Below are positions 1-8,627 of a stretch of 64,000 bases of DNA, in pieces. This stretch comes from Thermoanaerobaculia bacterium. GTDB taxonomy: Bacteria; Acidobacteriota; Thermoanaerobaculia; UBA5066. The notes under the pieces were generated by a model. The model made no database searches and was not told the origin of the DNA. It was given only the letters and a program-made list of their open reading frames with translations. Position 1 is the first letter of the stretch; every line of letters starts with the position of its first letter. The stretch covers positions 104,941 through 168,940 of the forward strand of contig JAJVIN010000002.1 in assembly GCA_022071945.1 (NCBI GenBank), written 5' to 3'. The position numbers and the translations under genes are program-made.

Positions 1-1753
1 TGGTGGGGGTGTACAGGAAGTCGAGGACGCCGACAACGCCGGTCACGACGGTGTTGTTCGCGACCGTGTAGCGCGTCGGGAAATCGATTGTGTCGATGCG
101 GAACTTCTCGAGGTTGCCATCAAAACGCGGGACGCAGCAAGGCGGAGGCGGCGTCGCGGGAAGGTTCACGAAGAAATCGACGCCGGCTTCCCGGAAGGGC
201 CGGTTCGTACCGGGAAGCACCCCGTAAAAGCGGCCGTTCGTGCCGCCATTGGCGAATTCTGGATCCTTGAATCCCTCGGAGCCAGAAACGACATTCAGGG
301 TGTCAATCTGGACCCGCATGAACTCGTAGCGCTCGAGAGGCTGCTTGAAAGCCGCGTCGGGATCCGTCACGTCGGCCGGCGGAACCGGGGCGCCAGAAGG
401 AGAGAAGTCCGCCGATGTCAGGATGACGGGGGCGGGGAGGGGATAGGTCCCCAGGACCTGCGAGACGTTCGGTGTGCCGGGCACCGACGGGATCGATCCG
501 ATCTCGGTTATCGTCTGGGCGTTGGGGGTCGAGTTCGGGCGGAACTCCACCACGTTCCCGAGGACCGAAGCCTTGGCTCCGGGCACAACCCAGTCGGCCG
601 GCGCGCTGCTCGTGAAGACGAAGAGGCCCTCCGAGGTGAGCGGGTTCGTGTCCGGTGTCTCGGACTGGATGACGAATCCGTTGCTCTTGCGGTAGGTCAC
701 GATGCCGCTCGTCGAGACCGCCTGGCCAAGGTACGGGGACGTTCCCGTCGTTCCCTGAATCTGCGGGATCGTGAGGGCGCTCCCGACCAGGAGAGTCAGG
801 TTCCCGGTGCCGGTCCGCAGTTCGAGGTCCGTGATGGTGAACGGCATCGTCTTCGTGCCAGTCGCCGTGCCGACCGCAACGGTCGTCTGGTACGAGAAGA
901 TGTTGTCGCCAGCGGTCGCGTCGCCGTTCGTTCCGTTGTCGTAGAACGTCTGGGGATTCGCTCGCCCGATCGCGCTCAGATTCGCAGACACGGCGAGCCC
1001 GGTGCTCGCGGGGTTTGCTCCCGGAGTGACGGTCACGGTGAAGAGAACCGGGGTCGTGCCGTCGGCCGGAACGACCGAGGGGTTCGACGCTCCGACCCCC
1101 GTCGGGTTCGTCGGGACGGGTCCGCAGGAGTTCACCGGGGAAGCCGAGTTGCGCGGAACGGGGTTCGAGACGATCGTGAAGTCTGCCGCGTTGTTGTTCG
1201 TGTCGGTGCACCCGTTCAGGTTTCGTACAGCGGCAGTCGTGGTTGAAACGTTGGGTGTCGGGCTCCCCCCTTCGGAGCAGTTCGCGGTCGATCCGTACCC
1301 GACGTAGTCCACGATGCTGGCGCCCAGCGGGCAACCCGTGCCGCTCAACGGCCCCGTTGAGCTCACGAGGGCCATTTTCCCCGCGGAGTTGCCGGCATTG
1401 ATTGTGGTACTGGTGAGGTCAGCCGTCACCGGAATGGTCCCCCCCGATCCCGTGCTCCCGGTCACGATCAGGTAGTACCTGCCGGCCGGAATGCTCACGT
1501 TCGGGAGGCTGATCACGCTCCAGGAGGTTCCCGTGGCGGACGCATACTGAACGGACCAACCGTTGATCGATTGGGCAGTCCCTCCCCTGTTGAAGAGCTC
1601 GATGTAGTCGCGGGTGTAGGTCGGGGGACCGGAGCTGCTGCCTCCTCCGCCGTACACCTGGCTGATGACGACCTGGGCGCTGGCTGTCGAGGCGAAAAGG
1701 AAGCATAGGGCGCTCGCAAGCGCCAAGAGGGAAGGTGTTCTGCGGGCGGACAT
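1..1753 (-). CDS. Secreted lamin-tail-domain (LTD) protein, ExeM/NucH-type extracellular nuclease N-terminal part; 3' end lies beyond window start
   Basis: Absent from ORF track (no in-window stop). Hand translation of the minus strand from ATG at 1753-1751 gives signal peptide MSARRTPSLLALASALCFLFASTASAQ. This is followed by VVISQVYGGGGSSSGPPTYTRDYIELFNRGGTAQSINGWSVQYASATGTSW, the LTD signature typical of ExeM/NucH nucleases. The frame stays open to position 1. AGGAGGAG lies ~10 nt upstream of the ATG. Confidence 0.75.
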   Translation of the reverse strand, partial: MSARRTPSLLALASALCFLFASTASAQVVISQVYGGGGSSSGPPTYTRDYIELFNRGGTAQSINGWSVQYASATGTSWSVISLPNVSIPAGRYYLIVTGSTGSGGTIPVTADLTSTTINAGNSAGKMALVSSTGPLSGTGCPLGASIVDYVGYGSTANCSEGGSPTPNVSTTTAAVRNLNGCTDTNNNAADFTIVSNPVPRNSASPVNSCGPVPTNPTGVGASNPSVVPADGTTPVLFTVTVTPGANPASTGLAVSANLSAIGRANPQTFYDNGTNGDATAGDNIFSYQTTVAVGTATGTKTMPFTITDLELRTGTGNLTLLVGSALTIPQIQGTTGTSPYLGQAVSTSGIVTYRKSNGFVIQSETPDTNPLTSEGLFVFTSSAPADWVVPGAKASVLGNVVEFRPNSTPNAQTITEIGSIPSVPGTPNVSQVLGTYPLPAPVILTSADFSPSGAPVPPADVTDPDAAFKQPLERYEFMRVQIDTLNVVSGSEGFKDPEFANGGTNGRFYGVLPGTNRPFREAGVDFFVNLPATPPPPCCVPRFDGNLEKFRIDTIDFPTRYTVANNTVVTGVVGVLDFLYTPT

Positions 1754-1917
1754 GAAGGTTACTCTCCTCCTGATCCCGAGAGAGTCGGGACCTAAAGGAT
1801 AGCCCGTCAGGGACCGAATGGGGCGTGAATACCCGGCAAAGATGACGTGAAAGCCATTCTCAGGGCGCAGCCCGAGACCTGGGCCCTCCTACCGGTTGAG
1901 CCGAGCTCGCTTCCTGG

Positions 1918-2559
1918 CTACCAGGGAACGGCCGTATCGGTCTTCTTTTTCCCGACATCCTGCCCAGGCAGCTGGAAGGGCAGCCTCACCTTGATGTCCC
2001 GGTTCTTGATGATGAGCGCGTAAAGACCGGGCTTCCACTCGCCCTCCGGTGACGGAAAGAAGAGATCCCCGACCAAGAGATACGTGTGCGAGGCGTAGAT
2101 CTCGTCCCGCACCACGTCTCGGCCCGGGACGGTGAAGAACCGCATCTTCTCCTCGTACCGGGGTCCCACGAAGTAGCCATTCAGCGGTTCCCGCGAGGGC
2201 TGGGCCGCCATCAGGAAACGTTCGATGTCGGTGAAGCGCTCCCCGAAGGTCTTTTGCGTGGGGAGCGGGATCTCCCGCCCATCGGGAAGAGCCAAGCTGA
2301 CGTCCTCGCGGTTGATGGAGACCGTCTTGCCCGCCCAGCCATGAATGCGCGTATCCAACATCAGCCAGGGTTCCTTCAGGTTGTTGCTCGAGTACCTGTA
2401 CCCGATGACGATCTGGATGGTGTCGTCCTTGTAGCGCATCACCGTCCGGCCGAGCTGCTTGACGGTGCCGTCGCTGGCGGCAAGAGAGAGGCCCGGCAGC
2501 GCGAGGAAGGACACGAGGGATCCCAGGGCGAGTGCGCGGCCGATTCTGTTGATCTGCAT
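1918..2559 (-). CDS. Hypothetical secreted protein (213 aa)
   Basis: C-terminal 213 codons of track ORF 1918..2775. Internal ATG at 2559 is preceded by GGAGGT and followed by signal-like MQINRIGRALALGSLVSFLALPGLSLAAS. The upstream part of the ORF is only repeat-derived peptide. Confidence 0.6.
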   Translation of the reverse strand: MQINRIGRALALGSLVSFLALPGLSLAASDGTVKQLGRTVMRYKDDTIQIVIGYRYSSNNLKEPWLMLDTRIHGWAGKTVSINREDVSLALPDGREIPLPTQKTFGERFTDIERFLMAAQPSREPLNGYFVGPRYEEKMRFFTVPGRDVVRDEIYASHTYLLVGDLFFPSPEGEWKPGLYALIIKNRDIKVRLPFQLPGQDVGKKKTDTAVPW

Positions 2560-2686
2560 GATGACCTCCGTGCCGTGATTCTCGATCCGGTTCGTCCCGG
2601 TTTGGAGACGAACCCGCGGCTTGGCAGGGTCCGAAGCGAAAGTCGTGCCTGGTCGAGAGTGTCGGGCCGCCACGGCCATCTGGGGG

Positions 2687-2817
2687 CCACGGACCTCCGT
2701 GCGCCACGGACTTCCGTGCGCCACGGACTTCCGTGCGCCACGGACCTCCGTGCGCCACGGACTTCCGTGCGCCACGGACTTCCGTGCGCCACGGACTTCC
2801 GTGCGCCACGGACTTCA
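2687..2817. repeat. Tandem array, ~7.7 copies of 17-bp unit CCACGGAC(C/T)TCCGTGCG; each unit holds inverted repeat CACGGA-NN-TCCGTG
   Basis: Read directly: units start at 2687, 2704, 2721, 2738, 2755, 2772 and 2789, with a partial unit at 2806. Units 1 and 4 have CC, the others CT. Intergenic between divergent genes starting at 2559 (-) and 2891 (+). Confidence 0.95.
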
Positions 2818-2890
2818 TCTCGAGCATGCGGATGTCTTGCCGTGGCGGGTTCCGTGTGACACCACCCCCGGTCCGGCGTAAATTACTCTG

Positions 2891-3793
2891 ATGGCCTCCA
2901 CCAGGAAGACCGACTCTCCGGCCCGCTTCGCCCTCCTTTCCATCGCGGCCGCGGTCGTGACCATCGCCCTGAAGACGGTTGCCTATCTGATGACGGGCTC
3001 GGTTGGCCTCCTCTCGGATGCGGTCGAGTCCGTCGTGAACCTCCTCGCCGCTCTCGTGGCCTTCTGGGCTCTCAAGTTCGCAAGCCGGCCCGCGGACGAG
3101 GACCACGCCTTCGGGCACACGAAGGCCGAGTACCTCGCCAGCGGATTCGAGGGACTCGCGATCATGGGCGCCTCGGGCGCGATCGCGGCGACGGCGGTGA
3201 TCCGGCTGAAGCATCTCGAGCCCCTGGAGAACGTCGGCGTCGGACTTCTCGTCTCCGTCGCGGCCTCCGCCATCAACGGGGTGGTGGCCTGGGTACTCTT
3301 CCGGGCGGGCAAGAGGCTCAACTCGATCACTCTCAGAGCCGATGCCCACCATCTGATGACCGATGTCTGGACATCTGTCGGGGTCCTCATCGCCGTCCTC
3401 GTCGTGAAGCTGACGGGCTGGCTCGTTCTCGACCCCCTCATCGCCCTCGTCGTGGCGGCGAACATCCTGCTGACCGCCATGAGGCTTCTCATCGAGACCG
3501 GCCACGGCCTCCTCGACCGCGCGGTGCCCAGGAGCGAGCAGGCCGTGCTCGAGTCGGCCCTGGTGCCCTTTCGCGAGCGCGGGATCGTGGTCCACGCGTT
3601 ACGCACCCGCTCGGCCGGGCCTTTGAGGTTCATCGACATGCACGTCCTGGTGCCGGGGTTGTGGACCGTCAAGGAGGGCCACGACATCTGCGAGGAGATC
3701 GAGCGGTCCATCCGGCAGGCGCTGCCGAGAACCTCGGTCCTGACTCACCTCGAACCCATCGAGGACCCCGCCTCGTTCGAGGAACCGCCATGA
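2891..3793 (+). CDS. Cation diffusion facilitator (CDF) family divalent-metal efflux transporter
   Basis: 300 aa. TM-rich N-terminal domain with LLSDAVESVVN and HAFGHTKAE, plus ADAHHLMTDV motifs typical of CDF (CzcD/FieF-like). Cytoplasmic C-terminal domain present. Confidence 0.9.
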   Translation: MASTRKTDSPARFALLSIAAAVVTIALKTVAYLMTGSVGLLSDAVESVVNLLAALVAFWALKFASRPADEDHAFGHTKAEYLASGFEGLAIMGASGAIAATAVIRLKHLEPLENVGVGLLVSVAASAINGVVAWVLFRAGKRLNSITLRADAHHLMTDVWTSVGVLIAVLVVKLTGWLVLDPLIALVVAANILLTAMRLLIETGHGLLDRAVPRSEQAVLESALVPFRERGIVVHALRTRSAGPLRFIDMHVLVPGLWTVKEGHDICEEIERSIRQALPRTSVLTHLEPIEDPASFEEPP

Positions 3794-3869
3794 ACCCTGA
3801 AATCGGCTATGGACTAAAGGAGCCGTTGACGGGAAGATAACGGTCTCGAATAGACCGGAAAAGAGCGGA

Positions 3870-4820
3870 GTGGCGGGATACGACTCGAGCATGGTTTTCA
3901 ATCTTCAGCAGGATCGGAGGCCGCGTTTCTGGGACTGGAGTGCTTCGGGCTCCCGTCTCATCAGCCGTCCCATCGTCGTCGACGGGCTCGCGAAGCCGTA
4001 CCTGAAGATCGAGATCGCCCCGCGGATCCGGCAGCTCGACGGGAGGCTCGTGGACGAGTCCTTCGAGGCCGTCGAGCACATGGCGAACCAGCTGATCCGC
4101 AGCTTCACGCTCCCGCAACTCGTCATGGCGACAGTGGCCCTGCAGATTCACATGCGGCGAACACGGAGCTTCATCGAGAAGAAGCGAGAGCTGCAGGAAC
4201 GCTGGACACTCCTTGCCCGGAAGATGCGCAGGCTGAGAGCAGAGGACGGCCACCTGACCTACGCCGAGAGAGACCTGGACGAAAAGAAGCGGGAGCTCGT
4301 CGAGGCCTCGCACGGGGCTCGCCAAGCTCTGGCGCTGAAAGAACGCGAAGAGCTTCTCCAGACCGAGGAGAGGGAGATCCGCGAGCGCCGGCAGCGCTGG
4401 AAGCAGGAAGAATCCGAAACGAAGGCGGCCTGGTCCGAGCTCGAGAAGGAGGACGAGGACCTCATGCGGGACGCGCCCTTCCACGGCCAGGAAGATCTGA
4501 GGCGTCCCTACATCCTCACGATCGTCTCCGGAGCCCAGGGGGGCCGCCGCCGCACGCTCTCGTCCGCGATGAACACCCTGGTCGAGGCCTTGCAAAAGCC
4601 TCTGTCCCGCACGGACCAGGCCCTCCTCGAGATCGCCCTGCGCCGCTGCGTGAGAGACCAGGCTCCCTTCGCCGAGCGCAACAGCCCAGAGTCCTGGGAG
4701 CGCGAACAGCTTCTGAAAGCGGAGACCGAGTTCCTCGAGGAGTTCCCCTGGGCGACCCCCTATCGCAGCCCGCTGACCATGGATGAGCACCGGGCGGGCC
4801 GGGGAGGGGGCGGTCTTTGA
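3870..4820 (+). CDS. Hypothetical coiled-coil protein (charged E/R/K-rich central region)
   Basis: 316-aa ORF; its stop overlaps the TTG start of the downstream kinase (TTGA at 4817-4820). No recognisable domain. Start uncertain (GTG 3870 or ATG 3891). Confidence 0.55.
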   Translation: MAGYDSSMVFNLQQDRRPRFWDWSASGSRLISRPIVVDGLAKPYLKIEIAPRIRQLDGRLVDESFEAVEHMANQLIRSFTLPQLVMATVALQIHMRRTRSFIEKKRELQERWTLLARKMRRLRAEDGHLTYAERDLDEKKRELVEASHGARQALALKEREELLQTEEREIRERRQRWKQEESETKAAWSELEKEDEDLMRDAPFHGQEDLRRPYILTIVSGAQGGRRRTLSSAMNTLVEALQKPLSRTDQALLEIALRRCVRDQAPFAERNSPESWEREQLLKAETEFLEEFPWATPYRSPLTMDEHRAGRGGGGL

Positions 4821-6754
4821 ACTTCCGCCGCTCGATCCGGACCCGCTTCGCGCTGATTCTTTCCTCGTTGATGGCGGCTCTCGTCATCCTGATCGGGAGC
4901 ATCCTCATCGCGGTCCGTGCCCGGGATCAGCGCCTGCTCCTCGAGACGAACGCGCGGGGATTCGCGGAGACGACAAAACGGCAGCTCTGCGAGATCTGGA
5001 AGCTCTACTACTGGTCCGGTTCGTACAAGTTCCGCGAGCAGGTCCGACAGACGCAGGCCCTCAACCAAGATCTCCACCGGATCCTGATCCTCTCTGTCTC
5101 CGGAGAAGTGCACTACGACTCCTTCGAGAGTCCGGAATTGACTCTCCGGGCGGAGCGTGTGAAACGGCGGCTGGAAGACCCGGAGCTCGTCCGGGCGGCG
5201 GCCCTGCCGACGATGTGGGTGAAGACCACCGAGATCCCGGGCAGGGGAGAGGCGCTCTTCATCGTGGCGCCGTTCTTCGAGGAGTGGGGGCGGCACCCGT
5301 ACTCGGTTCTCTATGTCTTCACCTATGAAAAGCTGCACGAGAGAGTCCGGGAGTCGGTCCGGTCGACGCTCCTTCTGACCCTCCTGGCGGTCGGAGTCGT
5401 CGCGGCGGTCTCCTCCTACATGGCGCGGAAGGTCGTGGGTCCCATCCTGCGTCTGACGGGCGAGGTGAGGAAGTTCTCGGAGGGGAGCGGCGAGGCCGTC
5501 AAGCTCGTCGCGACCGGCGACGAGATCGAAGAGCTTTCCAGGACCTTCAACGAGATGACGGAGCGGATCCGGACCCAGGTCGAGAAGCTCGAGCAGGCCA
5601 ACAAGGAGCTCGCGACGCTCGACCGGATGAAGACCGACCTGCTCGCGAACGTCTCCCACGAACTCCGGACGCCGCTCGCCGCGATCAGGGGTTACGTCGA
5701 GTTCCTCCTCGAGGGCCGTCTCGGGCCCGTCAACGATCAGCAGAGGAAGGCCCTCGACGTCTCGCTGCGGAATGCCGACCGGCTCACCAAGACGATCAAC
5801 ATGCTCCTCGACTTCTCGCGCATGGAGCTCGGCAGGGTGACGATTCGCCCGGCGCCCTTCCAGGTGGGCCGCCTCATCGCCCAGGTCGTCTCGGGCATCG
5901 AGAAGGAAGCCGAGCGGAGGAAGGTCCGGCTCACGATGAGGCTCGAGCCCGAGCTTCGGGCGGTGGAGGCCGACCGGGACCGGATCACCCAGGTCCTCGA
6001 GAATCTCGTCACGAACGCGTTGAAGTTCACGCCAGAGGGCGGATGGGTGGAAGTCGGGGCAAGGCCGTCCTCGAATACGAACAAGGTCGAGATCTGGGTG
6101 TCGGATACGGGCGTCGGGATCCCTCTCGAGCAGAGGCAGCGCGTCTTCGAGAAGTTCTTCCAGCTCGACGCGACACCGACCCGCAAGTTCGGCGGAATCG
6201 GCCTCGGTCTCGCGATCGTCAAATCGATCCTGGACGCGCATAACTCCGAGATCGAGGTGGACGAACGGGTCGGCGGCGGAACCGTCTTCAGGTTCAGTCT
6301 CACCGCCGTCCACGTCACGACCGAGTCGGGGATCTTCTACGGGTTCCTGCCCGTCGAGAACGCGGCGGCCGAAATCCTGGCGATTGACGACGACGAGGAC
6401 TTCCTCGCCCTCATCAAGGACACCCTCTCGAGCCACGGCTACGCCGTCAGGGTCGCCACGACCGCGGGCGACGGACTCGCCATGGCCAAGGAGAGAACAC
6501 CCCGCCTGATCCTCCTCGACATCAGGCTGCCGGACCGGGATGGTCTGGATCTTCTCTATGCCCTCAAGCACGAGTCCGCCACCAAGGACGTCCCCATCCT
6601 GATCGTGTCGGTCGTCGACGAGAGGATCGAGGGGAAGCGCCTCGGTGCCGTCGAGTACCTGGTCAAGCCGATCGACAGGGCGAAGCTGATCGAGGCCGCG
6701 TCGCGGGCCCTCGGAAAGAAACCTATTGAGAGAATGAAGGGAGCAACGGCATGA
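4817..6754 (+). CDS. Hybrid sensor histidine kinase (TM-sensor-TM-HAMP-HisKA-HATPase_c-receiver)
   Basis: H-box VSHELRTPLAAIRGY. N/G boxes LVTNALKFTPEGG, DTGVGIP, GGIGLGLAIVK. C-terminal receiver ILAIDDDEDF...LILLDIRLPDRDG...YLVKP. Confidence 0.9.
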   Translation: MNFRRSIRTRFALILSSLMAALVILIGSILIAVRARDQRLLLETNARGFAETTKRQLCEIWKLYYWSGSYKFREQVRQTQALNQDLHRILILSVSGEVHYDSFESPELTLRAERVKRRLEDPELVRAAALPTMWVKTTEIPGRGEALFIVAPFFEEWGRHPYSVLYVFTYEKLHERVRESVRSTLLLTLLAVGVVAAVSSYMARKVVGPILRLTGEVRKFSEGSGEAVKLVATGDEIEELSRTFNEMTERIRTQVEKLEQANKELATLDRMKTDLLANVSHELRTPLAAIRGYVEFLLEGRLGPVNDQQRKALDVSLRNADRLTKTINMLLDFSRMELGRVTIRPAPFQVGRLIAQVVSGIEKEAERRKVRLTMRLEPELRAVEADRDRITQVLENLVTNALKFTPEGGWVEVGARPSSNTNKVEIWVSDTGVGIPLEQRQRVFEKFFQLDATPTRKFGGIGLGLAIVKSILDAHNSEIEVDERVGGGTVFRFSLTAVHVTTESGIFYGFLPVENAAAEILAIDDDEDFLALIKDTLSSHGYAVRVATTAGDGLAMAKERTPRLILLDIRLPDRDGLDLLYALKHESATKDVPILIVSVVDERIEGKRLGAVEYLVKPIDRAKLIEAASRALGKKPIERMKGATA

Positions 6755-6808
6755 CGCGTGACCAAGAGCGCGGCAGAGTGGCTCTCCTGGGCGAAAACGA
6801 GGTGAGTC

Positions 6809-7198
6809 ATGCCGGAAGGTGAACAGAGCATCTTGATCGTTGACGACGAGGATGACGTCGTCGGCTTGCTCCAGCTGGTCTTCGAGACGAACGGATTCCT
6901 GGCACGGACGGCTGGAAACGGCAAGGCGGCGGTCGCGAGCGCCTACGAGAACCCTCCCGACGTGATCGTCCTCGATGTCATGATGCCCGAGATGGACGGC
7001 TGGCAAGTCCTGAAGATCCTGAAGGGGGACGAACGAACCCGCCACATCCCCGTGGTCATGCTTTCGGCCCGGGCGGAGCGGCGCGACAAGATGATCGGCC
7101 TGCAGGAGGGAGCCGACGCCTACATCGCCAAGCCCTTCTCGCCATCCGAAGTCGTCCAGGAAGTCAAGGACCTTCTCAACCGCGTCCCGCCCCGCTGA
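6809..7198 (+). CDS. Single-domain response regulator (CheY-like receiver)
   Basis: 129 aa; ILIVDDEDDV, VIVLDVMMPEMDG, AYIAKPF motifs. GAGGTGAG RBS upstream. Confidence 0.9.
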   Translation: MPEGEQSILIVDDEDDVVGLLQLVFETNGFLARTAGNGKAAVASAYENPPDVIVLDVMMPEMDGWQVLKILKGDERTRHIPVVMLSARAERRDKMIGLQEGADAYIAKPFSPSEVVQEVKDLLNRVPPR

Positions 7199-7206
7199 GA
7201 GGTGAC

Positions 7207-8523
7207 ATGTCGGACCTGGATAACAGCGCAACCCTGAGGGTCGAGTGGCTCCAGTACAGGTCGATGCTCTTCGACCGGGATGCCGGCCTGCCCACTCTCG
7301 CGTTCGTCATCGATAGCCTCAGGCGCGACATCGAGGACGACGGGGGAATCGCGGTCCTGACCTTCATGATGAATGCCGAACGGCAGGTGGAAGACCTCTG
7401 GGGCTGGCAGGAGTACGACCGGCTCATCACCTCGTTCGTGCGGTTTCTCCAGGGAATGATGGCGGAGAGCCGGCTCCCGCAGGGCGTCCTCTGCGTTCCC
7501 TCCGTGCGCAGCGACGAGATCCTCTTCTTCGTCCCGGTCAAGGAACACGCCGGTGTGACCGAAACCGCCCGCCTGCGCTGGCTGAAGACGCTCGCGAACT
7601 CCCTCGACAGCGCCGTCACCCAGTTCCTGGCGGAAAGGCTGGCATCCTTCGACCGCTACTGCTCGCACGTCGGCTACGCCCTCATCAGCTACGACGACAA
7701 GGTCCGGTTCGAGAGGCTGATCTACCGGGGCCTGCAGGAGGCCCGAAGCGAGGTGTTCCGGCGCAACGCCTCTGCCGAGGAACACGGCGCGATGGTCCTT
7801 CGCGACATTCTGGAGAAACGGGACATCGTCTCCGTCTTCCAGCCGATCTTCGACCTGGTGGAGAACCGCATGGCGGCCGCCGAGGCCCTCTCGCGGGGTC
7901 CGGCCGGGAGCGGTTTCGAGAACGCCGAGTCCCTCTTTTCCCTCGCCGAGAAGACCGAGCTCGTCATCCCGCTCGAGCGCCTCTGCCGGGAACGCTCTCT
8001 CGAGGAAGCGGGCAAGGTCCTGTGGCCTCACATGATCTTCCTGAACATGTCCCCGGCCGCTGCCGCAGATTCGGACTTCGTCGACGGGGCCCTCGTCCGC
8101 TCGGTTGCGCGGTGCCACCTGGACCCGAACCGCATCGTCATCGAGATCACCGAGCGCACGTACGCCCAGCATCAGGACCTGTTCTCGAATGTCATTCGAG
8201 GGCTGCGCCAGGAAGGCTTCCGCGTCGCGGTGGACGACCTCGGGTCCGGGTACTCGAATCTCGCCGCCCTGGCCGAGATCAAGCCGGAGTTCTTGAAGTT
8301 CGACCACCACTTCACCCGCGAGATCCAGAGAAATCGCATCAAGCAGGATCTTCTGGGAGCCATCCTCGCCTTCGCGATGAAGATGGACACGCAGGTCATC
8401 GCCGAGGGAATCGAGAACTCCGAGGAGTTCGAGGCGCTCAGGCGTCTCGGCGTGCCGCTCGGCCAGGGGTACTTCCTGGGCCGGCCCTCCTCGATCTCCA
8501 CGCTGGTGCGTCCGGCCGCCTGA
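7207..8523 (+). CDS. EAL-domain c-di-GMP phosphodiesterase with degenerate GGDEF-like N-terminal domain
   Basis: EAL motifs EALSR, EITE, DDLGSGYS, KFD, EGIE, QGYF are all present. In the N-terminal half, the position of GGDEF reads RSDEI. Confidence 0.85.
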   Translation: MSDLDNSATLRVEWLQYRSMLFDRDAGLPTLAFVIDSLRRDIEDDGGIAVLTFMMNAERQVEDLWGWQEYDRLITSFVRFLQGMMAESRLPQGVLCVPSVRSDEILFFVPVKEHAGVTETARLRWLKTLANSLDSAVTQFLAERLASFDRYCSHVGYALISYDDKVRFERLIYRGLQEARSEVFRRNASAEEHGAMVLRDILEKRDIVSVFQPIFDLVENRMAAAEALSRGPAGSGFENAESLFSLAEKTELVIPLERLCRERSLEEAGKVLWPHMIFLNMSPAAAADSDFVDGALVRSVARCHLDPNRIVIEITERTYAQHQDLFSNVIRGLRQEGFRVAVDDLGSGYSNLAALAEIKPEFLKFDHHFTREIQRNRIKQDLLGAILAFAMKMDTQVIAEGIENSEEFEALRRLGVPLGQGYFLGRPSSISTLVRPAA

Positions 8524-8627
8524 GCCCAAAGCTCCGGCCCAGGCCTGGGGCGGCTTCCGCGTTTCTGAAACGCACGACCTACGGCATCCCCGCAGCACGT
8601 CTGCGCAGGCGGAGGCCCAAGCCTCCT

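Noticed and set aside
2687-2817. Considered whether the array is a CRISPR
   Set aside because: The units are contiguous with no spacers, the unit is only 17 bp, and there are no cas genes in the window.
2086-2881. ORFs reading through the 17-bp array that give repeated peptides such as AHGSPWRTEVRGARKSV (2086..2859+, 2621..2881+, 2439..2792-, and the upstream part of 1918..2775-)
   Set aside because: The repeat period is 17 bp, not a multiple of 3, and all frames are open. The peptide repeat is a by-product. The credible gene starts at 2559 with an RBS and a signal peptide.
3832-3865. TTGACG ... AATAGA as a sigma-70 promoter for the signalling operon
   Set aside because: The -10 match is poor and promoter consensus in this unknown, possibly non-proteobacterial, taxon is uncertain. 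It cannot be supported without TSS data.
4760-7231. 823-aa minus-strand ORF, with similar long ORFs at 7120..8631(-), 17947..20505(-), 21195..23123(-), 24637..26790(+), 50509..52227(+), 56880..59075(+), 59190..60767(+), 1889..3595(-), 10149..11309(-), 15026..16435(-)
   Set aside because: All are antisense or off-frame to genes with clear domain signatures. Their translations are Arg/Gly/Pro/Asp-rich with no motifs, as expected from stop-codon depletion in high-GC DNA.
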